A stretch of 64,000 bases of DNA from Sphaerodactylus townsendi (GCF_021028975.2 NC_059426.1:70308001-70372000), one strand, 5' to 3'. Counted from the first letter of the stretch, positions 37,201 to 50,307 are shown. A program made the numbers and translations. Notes: generated by a model not told the origin, from the sequence alone.

Positions 37201-38094
37201 AAAAGGGATGCAATTATTTAAGTAAACACAAATTTTAAAATGGCAAAAAAATAGTCCATTACCTACAAGATTATTATGGTAGATAGGAGATCACACCAGC
37301 TGTGGCAGAAGCCTTTTGCCTGTATCCAACTTTGAGTATTAAATTCACCATTCCCTTTTGTGTTTTTATGTAAAGTGAGGCTTGTAAATCCTCCAGCTTT
37401 GATAAAGCCACAGTCTTTGCAATTAGAGTTGCTCCATTGGCTCTGAATGCCGTATTAGGTATTAATCTGTGCCCTTGAAATTTGTGTTCTGACAGGCATG
37501 GCATCCTCTTGGAGAGAGATTCCATTGCACTTGTAGCATTTAAAGACTGCAAAATGCAAGTCAAGATTTGTTACTAGTAAATCAGGTCAAGCTGAGTTTT
37601 TGTGCAAACTCCTCTCTGTAAAGCAGTACAAATTAAAGCTGAAAAGAGAGGGTCTTACAGTTCCAAGGACAGAAATACCCTCTGTGCTATTTAACAAGTG
37701 TGGTAGGAGACAAATAGACACTGTAGCTCTTCCTAATGGCTAAATCTTACCTTTGAATAAAATATGTCCCTGAACATGCAAGGATAAAAGAGTACACTGT
37801 TCATGAGGTGGTGCTAGCAAACAGTATCTACTTCCTTTAAAAACTGCCTTGCTTAATGACATTTTTAAAATTCTAGTAAGCCATTTTTGAGGGAAGCCTT
37901 GTGGGTCCTCACAGTCTTTGGCATGAAGCAGCCAGGCAGTCTCCCTTCTTGCCTTCATCCTGTTCGTCCTCTGATCATGAAGATTGCTTTTAGTCAACTT
38001 TTCTTACAACCAGTGAGATACCTTCATGAATTTTATTGATATCTATTTTATTTTAGAAATTTACCAGTAGCTGAAATTTACCAATACCTAAACT

Positions 38095-38187
38095 TAAACT
38101 TGAGTCAATAAGTTTCCCTGTTTTTTGTGGTAAAATTAGGTGCCTCGACTTATATTCGGGTCAACTTATACTCGAGTATATACAGTA
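38095..38187. mobile_element. Tc1/mariner-pogo-type MITE end
   Basis: Ends CGACTTATATTCGGGTCAACTTATACTCGAGTATATACAG-TA, with a duplicated subterminal motif and a TA target. Confidence 0.5.
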
Positions 38188-38269
38188 TGTTCTCTAGAGA
38201 GGAATAATAATCAAGTACAAGATTGTTAAAGATTGGAATGAAATTGGTCTTCCAACACCAATTAACTTA

Positions 38270-38410
38270 GGCTCATTCCGCACTTGCAGAATAATGCACT
38301 TTCAAACTGCTTTCAGTGCTCTTTAAAGCTGTGCTGAATAGCAAAATCCACTTGCAAACAGTTGTGAAAGTGGTTTGAAAACGCATTATTTTGCGTGTGC
38401 GGAAGGGGCC
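38270..38410. mobile_element. PIF/Harbinger-like MITE (partial copies at ~14167 and ~16621)
   Basis: TIRs GGCTCATTCCGCACTTGCAGAATAATGC / GCATTATTTTGCGTGTGCGGAAGGGGCC. Confidence 0.75.
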
Positions 38411-38499
38411 ATAGATAATTCAAATATAGTAGATCATTAGTTACAGATTCTGTAGTTAAGTTAACCAGGCTTGTTTCCATTATCTTCACAGACTGAATA

Positions 38500-39477
38500 A
38501 TGCAAATGGAAATGGTTCACAGAAATGAAACATTTGTGACTGAGTTCATATTTCTAGGCCTCTCCAGTCAACCGAGGATCCAGACAATTCTTTTTTTGGT
38601 ATTTCTGGCTTTTTATTTGTTCACAGTGTTTGGAAATGTCATCATCATCTCTGTGGTTGGAGTTGACTCTCGACTTCATATACCCATGTACTTTTTCCTA
38701 ATCAATTTGTCAATCTTAGACATTTCTTACATCTCAACCAATGTCCCACAGATGCTCACGAACCTTCTAACCAGAAGAAAAATGATCTCATTTTGGGGCT
38801 GTGCAACCCAGATGTATTTTTCTCTGGCTTTTGGAATGACAGAGTGCTTTCTGCTTGGAGTCATGGCTTATGACCGATATGTGGCTATCTGTAAGCCTTT
38901 GCATTACATAGTCATCATGAACTGGAAGATATGCATGCAGTTGGCTGCTTTCTGCTGGAGCAGCAGTTTAGTGAGCTCAATGATAATAAACATTTTCACA
39001 TTACGTTTACCTTTCTGTGGTCCAAACATCTTGAACCATTACTTCTGTGAGGTGCCAGCTGTGCTGACCCTGGTTTGCACTGACACTTCATTTACTGAGA
39101 TGGTTGTCTTTGTTTTCAGCATAATCATAGTCTTCTTCCCCTTCCTGCTAATCATTGTCTCTTATGCCTACATTTTCAGAGCTGTCCTTCAGGTACAAAC
39201 TGCAAAAGGAAGGACTAAAACATTCTCTACCTGTGCATCCCATCTTACTGTAGTAGTCATATTTTATGGGACGTCAATTTTTACATATATGCGACCAACC
39301 TTAAAATCCTCACAAGACAGGGACAAAGTGATTGCAGTATTTTATACTATTATAATGCCCATGCTCAACCCCCTGATATATAGTCTGAGAAACAAGGATG
39401 TGAAGGATGGCCTAAGAAGATCATTCACATTATTAAGAGGTTCTGCTGTAAGCAAAGGAGTTCATGTGAGTTTGTGA
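38500..39477 (+). CDS. Olfactory receptor, family 2/13-type (positional candidate for OR2AH1), 325 aa
   Basis: Intact ORF with [50 protein letters not shown] and [12 protein letters not shown]. Splice-acceptor-like TTCACAG at 38492. Three alternative N-terminal Met codons. Confidence 0.95.
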   Translation: MQMEMVHRNETFVTEFIFLGLSSQPRIQTILFLVFLAFYLFTVFGNVIIISVVGVDSRLHIPMYFFLINLSILDISYISTNVPQMLTNLLTRRKMISFWGCATQMYFSLAFGMTECFLLGVMAYDRYVAICKPLHYIVIMNWKICMQLAAFCWSSSLVSSMIINIFTLRLPFCGPNILNHYFCEVPAVLTLVCTDTSFTEMVVFVFSIIIVFFPFLLIIVSYAYIFRAVLQVQTAKGRTKTFSTCASHLTVVVIFYGTSIFTYMRPTLKSSQDRDKVIAVFYTIIMPMLNPLIYSLRNKDVKDGLRRSFTLLRGSAVSKGVHVSL

Positions 39478-40647
39478 CCACATTCTTGTGAATAGATTTG
39501 CTCCATTGGGATTACACAAATCTGGTAGAGGAAGCACTTATTCCAAACTCATACATAGTAAGACTAACTGCAAAAGGTGCTGAAAATCCTATTTCTTGTG
39601 GCACCCTGAGAGATTCTTTATGACTGACCTTCACCGAGAAATATTTTATGCAGGTGACATGAAATGACCACAGACTCTGATGTTACTTCATTAATTTCAT
39701 TAATTGTATTAAAACATTTATATCTCACCTTTCCTTGTGGTTCAAGGCGGCTTACAACAATAGTTAAAAACATCCCCAGCTAAATGCAAAAATAAGATGG
39801 CAAACTCTATATTCCTCCTACATCCTGTCCCCCAAAAGATGTCTGCCTTTTCAAACCTCTGCAAGAGCTCAGAGAAACAGGCAGAACTTGCAGCACCTCC
39901 TGAAGATGTCCAACGTTTCTCTTATAAAGCATATTTCATTAAAAATATATTACATTAGAAAAAACATGAGGTGCAATGAAATACTGTGAGTTCTTTGGTG
40001 AACTTGTTTGTTTCTGAAGTTCACTTTTCAGCAGATCTAGTCCTATGTCAGTATACAGTATGCAGTATACAGAACGTATGCTTCACTGTTGCTTCTCATG
40101 TGTCCCAGGACAATCAAATAAAACGAACACAGATTAAAATTAGTTTTAAAACAATGTTTCTGATATGGTTTTGAAGTTTATTAAATGTAAAATGGTTTTG
40201 TCTCAAGTTGTCTTTTGGATGTTTAGCAGGATGTTCTGCTAGTTGTTCTCTTTTTTCTTGTTCTCTCAACTCACCCCTGTCTGCTAAAAATTGATCAGTG
40301 TACCAAAGGAGCATTAAATGTTCATGAATCAGGCAGCCCATCTAAGAACCAGATTCACAATCCATAGTCTATTTATAGCGCAGTATGTTTTAAATAGGTA
40401 AAAAACCCATAGGTAAAAAACCCATTAAATGGTGTTCCCTTCCCATATGTATCTATTATATATATTGTGACTCTTACAGATTTCAATCCACCAGGTAACT
40501 TTTTAACATATAGGGAGGCAGAATAAAAGCGAATGGTGTTCCTATAGATATCTATGGTTTATATCATGAATCTCAAAAGTTTCTATTCACCAGGTCACCA
40601 GTTCACAGAACATCACTTGGCAGACCTGCCCTGGACTGTACTGAAAT

Positions 40648-40715
40648 CAGCTATGTTGGTCAAGAATATATCAAAGGGGCAGCTCCTTTGATATATTCTT
40701 GACCACACATAGCTG
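40648..40715. repeat. 68-bp near-perfect palindrome
   Basis: CAGCTATGT-TGGTCAAGAATATATCAAAGG-GGCAGCT-CCTTTGATATATTCTTGACCA-C-ACATAGCTG. Confidence 0.92.
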
Positions 40716-41290
40716 TAAGCGTGGGTTGTTTTAATAACCTCTAAAAAAGATCCAATTAGATTGAAACGTGTCATGTCTTTTTAGGTCTGTTATGTGTTAC
40801 ATCCTGAAATACTGTGCATTTGATTATTAAAATTGAGGCTTTGTGGTTGTTTGTAACATATTTTACATTTTTGTATTGTATGTGTTTTCAGATATGAATG
40901 CATATTTTCTGTTGAGATCTTTATGTACAGTGTTTTATTATTTAGAATGTAGCAAAGTGCAGTAAAATATATATTTTATACATGTTAAGGACTAGTTTTG
41001 AGACTTCCCAACCTTTTTGGTTCTTAGCTTATAATGTTCTACTCACAAATAAAAAGATAAATGTAAACCTTTTATTAAGTGAGCAAGTCAACTGTCCAAA
41101 ATAGTAGACATTTGTTGTAAGAATTTAACCAGCATTCTTTGTGGTATATTAAGAGGAAGTACTTAAAATAATGTATGTTTATATCTGTAGTTTCTGTTTA
41201 ATCTTTAATATAATACTACTCTGAGACATTAAACTGCTAGCAGTCAGTGTGAACTTTGAGGAAATGTGCTAGCTTTACATGCCATGCACA

Positions 41291-41643
41291 CAGTTGCATA
41301 GCTGCAACAGGATGAGGGGGGCGCCATGCTCCAGGTGCGTGCCATTGGGGTCATGTGGGGGTGGAAAATCACCTCCCACACCCCTCCTCCCCCACCCACT
41401 TACCTTAGTTCAGCTGACTGCAAAGAGCAGCCAGCTGAAAATGTATCCTAGTGAGAACGACACTTCCCAGGAGCCTTCTGCAGAAGTTGAGGCTCGCAAA
41501 TGTCTCCTGGGAAGTGTAGTTCCCACCAGGCTTCTCTTTGCAGCTGGCTGAACTATGCTAACTGGGGAGGGCATTGGGGGGCAGGGCACCATTTTGCCCT
41601 GGGCACTATTCCCCACCACCACCATTGCATGCACACACCATTG
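41291..41643. mobile_element. Old hAT MITE with a central palindrome
   Basis: Ends CAGTTGCATAGC / ACACCATTG; the 8-mer CATGCACA flanks both sides; internal inverted repeat at ~41405-41555. Confidence 0.6.
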
Positions 41644-41759
41644 CATGCACACACAAAAATTTTACTTTGTTGTTTAGTTGGACTTAGTAGACTAAAAATT
41701 ATTCATGCTTAAGTTTCAAAGCACAACATTTTGGTGTCATGATCAGTATTATTCATTGC

Positions 41760-43330
41760 GCCCAGATGTGCAGAGGTTTTATCTGGTGAATAACAACAGG
41801 ACACATCTGGGAATTAAAATGGACTTCAGCTCCTGCCACAGCTTCGCAAGCCTTCCAACCAGTCCAAGAGTGCCTGCCATTCAGCATGCAGCCAAATGTC
41901 CAGCCCCCATTCAGATAGGCGCACACCGTCTGAACAAAACAGCACATGCTCCAGGGTTGTTATCACAGGGGGCAGGATAATGCTACCACCGAGCTCCCAG
42001 ACCTCCCGTGCTGCTGCCTTTCACATTTTGCGGCGTGCCACGTTCACTTTTTGCGACTCCCAGGCATCCTTCCACCGTAGCCTTGGGACAAGGCGGGACC
42101 AAAGCAGAGTAACATCCGGAATCAACTCCAGGACTTCATGGAGGCCCCTCAAAGCTGGGAGGTCATTCTCACCCAGGTGAATTACTAGCCCAAGAGGTAC
42201 ACCAAACCTCTGAAGCACCTCCCAAATAGCTGGCAACAAGGCTTCCCAGCGCATACCCCGCTGGCCAAGCCAAACAATGTCCAAACCCTTGCCAAGGTCC
42301 AGGTCTGTGCCCCAAGGAGTTGAGTGTGCGTAAGCACTGGCCCAGTGGACGTTACTATGGGTGGTGTGGACCAACAAAGGCTACTCCTCCGAGCCAAGAC
42401 AGGTAAATCCGAATATAACTGAAATCCTCCAGGTACCCGACTGTGCAAAAAATGCGGACCACAGCTGTGCTTGCCCAAACCGTTCTTATAGTGGAAATAG
42501 CAGGAGACGGCAGGGAATGTGAAAAGACCCACCCCCTGCCAACTCTCCCGCTTGCCTGGGAGCTGGCATCCCCACATTGGGTGTGGCCCCAGGGAGGCCG
42601 GCAGCCAAATCAATCCCACCTAGCTGTGCTGACTCCAATAAGGGACTCGCCAGGCCGGGGAGTATGGATTCGGCGGGCGTTGCCATCCCAGAGCCTGAAG
42701 CCCCAGTCCAGGGGATAAAATAGGGGCAGAGGCCACCCAAGCAAGTGGGTTGGCCCCCAAAGGCTGGGCCCAGGCTGCTTGAATACTGCACCACATCCAC
42801 GGGCATACCATAGTCCAGCCACGTCACTGCCAGAGGCGGGGCTATAAATCAAGGGGGCAACAGCACTGAGACCAGTGAGGGAGATGTAGAGGCCAAAGAG
42901 GGGGTCTCTTCTCTCAGTTCCTGGTCCTCCGCATCCTGATCTACTTCCCTGTGAACAGTGGAGGGGTCCAGCACAAGCAGTATTCCACGCTCTGAAACCT
43001 GCCCCCTAATCCTGGACTGGGATAACCCCCCAGCCTGCATGCCCAGGACTCCTCTCTCTGCTCCCACCCTGGCTAACTCACTAGCAACCTGGTGAGCCAA
43101 ACAGCCCCCATTGTGTTTCCTCGCTACCATAGCTGAGCAAACTGCTCCCTGAATATAAAAAGAGGAGGGGAGGCGGATGCCATACTAATACTCCCAATGC
43201 CTTCCAAAACAACAAGATGGGAGGGGGGAGGTAAACCCATACCCCAGGGAAGCAACCGCTACCCAACTCTGTAAGCTCGCCCCTTTCCCGGCCTAAATTC
43301 TTGACTAGCAAACCAGGGCCGTTATTTTGA
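41760..43330 (-). mobile_element. Internally deleted Ngaro/DIRS-like tyrosine-recombinase retrotransposon retaining an SGNH-hydrolase ORF remnant
   Basis: HSNVHWA..WLGQRGMRW..LVIHLGENDL..LLWSRLVPRLRW and a downstream DGV.LSEWGLDIWL match the SGNH ORF of vertebrate Ngaro elements. No RT/RNase H seen. The terminus is similar to 57980-58060. Confidence 0.7.
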
Positions 43331-44646
43331 ATGGTGCATCTCTACAGAGACTGAAAGACAAATGTTCATCAGTTCCACCTTCCAACCATTTGCCCTTCCA
43401 ACACTTGAGCATACTAATCACTGTTTCCATGAACTTCATTGGTATTCCTGGGTTCTTCTATGGATCCCAACTGGAATCTAAATAAGGGAGTAGTAGGTCC
43501 TACATTCCCCCTGAAAAATGACTGAATGTCCTTGAATTAAAATGCTAATAAGGCGAGGGTGAAATGCTTTACACACCAACATTCATATCTAAGTATTGAT
43601 AAGTGTATCTGTGTACTATATATGCCTAGTGCACGCCAGAATGGCTTTTACTGGCTTCTACTATCTAACACAGGGAAAGTAATTGAGGTTTTGGTCATCT
43701 TAGAGACACAGAGAAATCTGATGTCATACAAATGACAATGTTGCAAGCTGGGTAGATCAAAGAGATACTAGTATTTACCTCAGCTACAGAATCATAACTA
43801 GTAATAAAGAGTTTAAATGTTGAAAATGTATAGCGTATTCCATCTCTTTGAGCAGGAAGAGAAGTATAGCCCACATAGCAGTGGGCAAAGTGAGATATAT
43901 TTTCCCACACCACTATGAAGAAGCAATGAGTTGCTCTTAGTCATTTTGTCTCAAACCATGAAGAATTCTGTCTTGACCACATGTTGAGAAACAATGGTTC
44001 ATTATGCATGGAATGGTTACCTTGGGGCTCTTTGCTGCGCAGTGGGGTTCCAGTGAAGCCTCCTCACATTTCTTTGTTTAACCACAAGGAGACACTCCAC
44101 TGCTACTGTGCAGCTTGCTTTCTGAAGTCTCCAGGCCTCCATTTTTCCTGGTTTTCTTAACTCCATCCATCAACTGACTCTTAAAGGCACACAGTCGAAA
44201 GATTGCTGGTTTTGTTTATGCCCTTTGAATTGCTGTGACATAAATATTGCTGTTATTGCAACTAAATTGGTGTTATAGCCCCTTTCCAAAAATACCCCCC
44301 CAACTGAGCAGAAGAGCAGCTCCACCAACCAGCTGCACATAGGGACATCAACACAACGTAATATAATTTCAGAGGGTTGCCATGTTGCTCTACAGTAGAA
44401 CAGTTAGATTCCAGTCAAGTAGTACCTTAGAGACCAATAATATAGCTATCAGTATCCATGGGTATGCATTTTCATGCTTATGTATATTCTGTCTTACTTA
44501 ATCACTAGTCAAATGAGTATTGCAAGTGTTCTCATCTCTACAAAAATGCATAAAAAATTTCAGCATGCACTAGAAATAGGGAATAGTATAAAAACAGCTA
44601 AATGTTTACTAGTTCAGTGGAAATCCATGCCTCAGATAGAGATGAG

Positions 44647-45582
44647 TCAAAAAACTATTTTTGTCTTCATAATCTTTTTGAAAGCATCTTTTACTTCCTT
44701 GTTCCTTACACTGTAGATCAAAGGATTCATCATTGGTATTATCAGTGTGTAGAAGATAGAGGCCCATTTGTCTTTATCCAGGGCATATGCAGATGAAGGA
44801 CGCAAGTACATGAATATAATTGTCCCATAGAAGAAAGTGATTACAGTCAAGTGGGAGGCACATGTAGAGAAGGCTTTGCACCTGCCCTCAGCAGAGTTTA
44901 TCTTTAGGATGGTGGAGATGATGGAGATGTATGACATTAGGACAACAGTGAGAGAACCGAACTCAATGAAACTGGTACAAGCAAATAGCAACATCTCATT
45001 GATATGGATGTCTGAACAGGAGAGGGCAAAGAGAGGGGGCACATCACAGAAGAAATGATTGATAACATTGGAACTACAGTAATCTAAAGTAAAGAGAGAT
45101 ATAAACTGTACTACTGTATCACCAACACTAGCTGTGTATGAACCTATAATGAGATAGATATAAACTTTTCTGGACATAATAATGGAATATTGTAGTGGAC
45201 GACAGATGGCTACATAACGGTCATAAGCCATAGCTGCCAACAGAAAACATTCGGTGTCCCCAAAGATACAAAAAACAACTAACTGTGCAAAGCAGCCAGC
45301 AAAGGAAATTACTTTTCTTTCCGTCAGCAAGTCAACAAGCATCTTGGGACCAATGGCCGAAGAGTAACACAGGTCTAGGAATGACAACTGACTGAGAAAA
45401 ATGTACATGGGACTCTGCAGATGAGGACAGAGTACAATCAGGAAAATCATGCCCATGTTGCCTGCTAGGTTGATCAGATAGATGATGAGGAAAACTACAA
45501 AGAGAACAACTTGGATCTGTGGATCTTCAACAATTCCCAGGAGAACAAATTCTGTAACTTCAGTGTGGTTCTCTGCAGGCAT
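44647..45582 (-). CDS. Olfactory receptor, family 5, divergent OR5AR-related, 311 aa
   Basis: Intact ORF with [45 protein letters not shown] and [12 protein letters not shown]. Shares FIEF and DKWAS with the OR5AR genes. Confidence 0.95.
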   Translation of the reverse strand: MPAENHTEVTEFVLLGIVEDPQIQVVLFVVFLIIYLINLAGNMGMIFLIVLCPHLQSPMYIFLSQLSFLDLCYSSAIGPKMLVDLLTERKVISFAGCFAQLVVFCIFGDTECFLLAAMAYDRYVAICRPLQYSIIMSRKVYIYLIIGSYTASVGDTVVQFISLFTLDYCSSNVINHFFCDVPPLFALSCSDIHINEMLLFACTSFIEFGSLTVVLMSYISIISTILKINSAEGRCKAFSTCASHLTVITFFYGTIIFMYLRPSSAYALDKDKWASIFYTLIIPMMNPLIYSVRNKEVKDAFKKIMKTKIVF

Positions 45583-47745
45583 TTGTTTTATTTTTGTGAT
45601 TTGCAGATGACCACAGAGGTACTTACAGCTGAGAAGTTATGAAACACTGGACTATCTTCCGTGTTTCTGCTTGCTGTAATGCCTACAGCAGAAAGAATGA
45701 GAGAGTCAATACGATGCATAGTTCACTTAACCTTCAAGCACTGCTCCTTTAGTGCAGTCATCACTCTAAGTACATCTAAGTACAGTATCTGCCAAAAAAG
45801 AAATTCAACTTGATTACGTAAAGTAACCATAGTCTGAAATATTACACGATGTCATGTTTAACACAGACCGAAGTTCATTTTTTTCAGGTGGCAATTTAGA
45901 GCAGAGTGCGTGCATGAACATCTTCCACTTTTCCATTCCAAATAATCCACTCTGAGCATGTTTCCATTCTCCTCACACTGTTCCAAATTTTTCTGAGACT
46001 TTGTGGGTGAAATTGAATTATCACCAGGTATTAAAAGCAAATCCTTCTGTAATACACACTGTATTTTTCTGTTGTTTAAATTGAAAAGAGTCTTACTGTG
46101 ATGGGCTGTTTCATTGCAACAGGGAGACATGGTATAGGTAGGGTGAGTCTCAGAGCCCGCTGGTCTTGGGGTGGGGTTCCAACATAACAAAGAAGTATGT
46201 TCCCAAACTTTTGTTAGCAAGTCCAGTTATACAGCACTGGTTCCCCAGGATGCAGGCAGAGTTTGTATTACTAGATAGGAATGGAATGAGCCAGGAAGGA
46301 GTGGAGCCTCTAGAGGCAGAGGGGTGCAGAATGTGTGGAAAGCAGAAAAGGGAAGCCAGGCTGCTTGGCTGAGAGCTTGAAATTTGATTGAAGATTCTTA
46401 ACACTTTGTTGTGATAGGGAACTTGTAAGGGAGGGAGACTTTTGTTCTGAATTGTGAATTTTAGAATTGATTGTTTCAGGGCTGTGAGACCCTCAACTTT
46501 GAAGCCAGTGCACAGAGTGTTCAGCTGGAGACTTACTGGGTCACCAAAAAGTGGAAATGGATTTTAGGGATGGCAAGCTGTGATAGAGGGAAAAGTTAAC
46601 TGCTAAACTTTAAAAGATTATGGTTCTCTTGTGTTACTAAGTTCTGTGTTGCTACATAATACATTAAGAGATAAGTAACAAGAAAAAAGTTTTATTGCAA
46701 GATGCACTCTAAGTTCTGTCTCAGAAAACCCGCAAACTGAAGTTACATTTGCAGATGTTTAAAATAGAAACCTTTTCTAGCTGCTACTCTTAGCAAGCAG
46801 AGGACTATTTCTTCCCCGTGTACTTTCTTATCATGGGTCAATTCTGCACAGCAAATGTATAACGGGTTGCAATCATTATAAAGAAACCTGTTTTCGTTTT
46901 TCCTGTTCACATGCATGCCATGCAGGTTGCAATTGGAGCCCATAAAAACAATCTGGATTACTTTCTTGCCTTTGCATAGAGAAGCTACTCTTTTAAAAAA
47001 AAATTCCAGGAACACATGCATAGCTACACAGGCACGTAGAAATAAACCCCCACAGCCGTGCCAATTGTCCCATGATATGGCTGCACCTGCACAGCTGCAC
47101 ACATGCAACACACACAATTTTTTTTAAAAAAGGGACCTCCCTATAATGGCAGGGCAATGGCAGGCGGATTTTCCCTGACCATGGATGGGAGGGAAATAAA
47201 GCACCTCCTGTCTGGCCATTTGCTCACGAGCGCCTCTAAGCCAGGATTTTGCAAAAGGATAGCTGGTTTAGGGATTTTTGAAAATAACAGGTTGAGGGAA
47301 GTAAAACGAGATAGACTAATTTTGGGGATGGGACCTGTTCGAAGTCCCCCCCCCCAACAGTTTATACAGTGTCCTGCACTTGTTGTATTTGCCATGGTTA
47401 CATATAAGATTCAGCATACAGGATTGCACAGTCTCAGCCTTACCTGCTGTCAGTTTCATTCATGTTGTGCACTGATCCGAGAGGCTGAAAGCATTTGTAT
47501 TCTTCTTTAGAGAAACTGGGTGGTGTCTACTGAGCAGCAAAATGTCTTCCCTTGGTGGCACCTCCCATGACACTTAGCCTAGACAAATTGCACAGTGATT
47601 ATTATTGCTATCAAAATAGTTGTATAGAAGAGTTATGATGTTGTGGGAACCTCTGGGACATTATCCATTTTCCATTGCCCCTCCATGGCTTCCGTGATAG
47701 TTTCAGCACCCCCCATGGATTGCACTGTTAATAATCTGAATTAAT

Positions 47746-48200
47746 ATGGTCAATAGCAACCATGTCACTGTGACTGAATTCATATTCCTGAGACTCATCA
47801 ACCAATCAAAACACTTCTTTGTGGTATTCCTGTTTTTTTGTATGTATTCACAATATTTTAAACCTTATTATCATGGTTATAACTTATTATTGGCTCCATA
47901 CATCCTTGTGCTTTTTCCTCATCAATTTTTCTTTTCTAGACATCTTTTTATGCTAGCCCTGATGTATGTCAGATATTGATGAACCTTGTGATCAGAAAAG
48001 CAACTATAGTCTTTTCTGGGCTGTGTAACCCAGATGTATTTTTACTTGATGTCTGGCATGACGTGTGTGTATATATATATCTATATATCCATATGTAATA
48101 GCTTATGATTGATACATAGAAATCTGTCATCTACTGAATTATTGGTCATCATGACCTAGAACTTACAGGTCTAGCTGGTGGCCTTTACCTGGAAAGTTGC
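47746..48200 (+). pseudogene. Decayed, 3'-truncated OR pseudogene paralogous to the gene at 38500
   Basis: Begins [15 protein letters not shown]. Frameshifted DNA matches follow: CTTTTTCCT.ATCAATTT, GGGCTGTG(T)AACCCAGATGTATTTT, GCTTATGA..GATA and GTCATCATGA, collinear with 38512-38960. Confidence 0.8.
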
Positions 48201-48579
48201 TTTTCTGTGGTTGTAATAGCTTGGGCCATTGTCTCTGTAAAATGTCTGCAGTGGGACAATTCACTGAAAATCTTGTGGAGACAAAGTATGAATTGCTTTG
48301 TACTGTCAACTCTATTGCATAGTGGAGCAACAATAAATATTCAGTTTCCTTTAATTTAATGTTTTATTATTTAACACTGAAACTTCAGACCAGATACTTT
48401 GACTTGAAAAGAATACAACACTAACTGCAATAATAACAATACAAATAAGTAGTTTCTTGTCTATTAAATCCAGCAATCCTGTAGTTTATCAGCAGGAAAA
48501 TGAAACTGTGTTCATGAGCCACCTTGAGCCACCATGTTTGGTGGGAAAGGTGGACTATTTCAATAAATGGAGAGACTGA

Positions 48580-48630
48580 AGAATATTTCTGTTCAGTTAG
48601 GAAGTCAGTGAGCATCTTGGGATGGCATCT
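48580..48630 (-). pseudogene. Tiny family-5 OR remnant (PKMLTDFLTEQK)
   Basis: Resembles [12 protein letters not shown] of the 44647-45582 gene on the same strand. Only ~45 nt long. Confidence 0.4.
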
Positions 48631-49009
48631 CTTAGCCTTTGTCAAATATGCCTTGACCAGTCTGGCTCAAGAATAGCCCTCAGCCCATCTCCTGGCCATT
48701 GTCAGGAGGTATGTGTCATGCCTCCCACCTGTCTCAAATCAATCACCTGCAACCAGGCCCAACTCCATTCCCCATTATATTACCCTGGGTGCTTCTTAAT
48801 CTAATGTTTCAAGGCAGAAAAGGAAAGTCATTTCTGTTGGATAATCTCCTCACAGAGATTATACCTTTGCATTACAAGCAGAGTGCACGGAGGCTGGAGC
48901 ACAGCAGAAGCATCTCCCAAACATGTGTGAGCTTTGGCACAAAGAAAAGGTCAGAGTCATTTGTAGTTTCTAATCTAATAAAAAGAGTATTTATTAGTGG
49001 ACTCCCTTC

Positions 49010-50307
49010 CACTGGCGTAATGCCCATTGGGCAAGGTGAGCAGCTGCCCAGGGCATCACCTTGTGGGGGGCATCAAAATGCTGGGTTCGTTTTTGGGTAT
49101 TTTTAGTGGTTTTCCATTTTTGGCCAGCAGGGGGTGCAGTTTTTAGGCTAGCAGCACCAAAATTTCAGCGTATCATCAGGAGACTGTCCTTATGCTACCC
49201 CCCAAGATTGGTGAGGTTTGGTTCAGGGAATCCAAAGTTATGGACTCCCAAAGGGGGTGCCCCTATCCCCCATTGTTTCCAATGGGAGCTAATAGGAGAT
49301 GGGGGCTACAGTTTTGAAGGTCCATAACTTTGGGCCCCCTGAACCAAACTGCACCAAACTTGTGGGGAATCATTAGGGCAGTCTCCTGATGAGACCCTGA
49401 AAGTTTTGAGACTGTGCCTTCAAAAATGTGCCCCCCAGCCTGCAACCCCCATTGATAGCAATGCAGAACAAAGATTCTTGGGCAAATTTCTGGGATGTTC
49501 CTGCAGGGGGCGCATTTTTGGATGTATTGGCACCAAAATTTCAGGGTATCATCTGGAGACTGTCATGATGGCACCCCCAAGGTTTGGTGCAGTTTGGTTT
49601 AGGGGGTCCAAAGTTATGGACCCTCAAAGGGGGTACCCCATCTCCTTAGCAAAGAATGTGGGATGGGGTATCCCTTTTGAGGGTCCATAACTGGACTAAA
49701 CCAAACTGCACCAAACCTTGGGGAACATAAGGACAGTTTCCAGATTATACCCTGAAATTTTGGTGCCGATACATCAAAATGCGCCCCCTGCAGATCCCAG
49801 AAATTTGCCCAATAATCTTTGTTCTGCATTGAGTTTTCTGTGTTGCTGTCCATGGGGGTTGCAGGCTGGGGGGGGGAACATTTCTGAAGGCATAGTCTCA
49901 AAACTTTCAGGGTCTCATCAGGAGACTGCCCTGATAATACTCCCCAGGTTTGGTGCAGTTTGGTTCAGGGGGCCCAAAGTTATGGACCCTCAAAACTGTA
50001 GCCCCCATCTCCTATTAGCTCCCATTGGAAACAATGGGGGATGGGGCACCCCCTTTGGGAGTCCATAACTTTGGACTCCTTGAACCAAATCTCACCAGAC
50101 TTGGGGAGTAGCATAAGGACAGTCTCCTGATGATATGCTGAAATTTTGGTGCTGATATGTCTAAAAACTTCACCCCCTGTAGGCACCAATGTCCTGGTGC
50201 AAAAAAATATTTGGTCGTGGTGGAGTGGCCGCCCATGGGGGGGGGGCATACAACTCAGGTTTTGCCCAGGGCTACAGTTTGCCCAGGGCTGCCTTGTTAC
50301 GCCCCTG
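49010..50307 (-). mobile_element. Non-autonomous hAT foldback element, full length (cleaner copy of 4893-6255)
   Basis: TIRs CACTGGCGTAA / TTACGCCCCTG and a perfect TSD CTCCCTTC (49002-49009, 50308-50315). Confidence 0.92.

Noticed and set aside
46097-46747. Possible solo LTR (TGTGA..GTTACA)
   Set aside because: No TSD and no second copy in the window, so I cannot support it.
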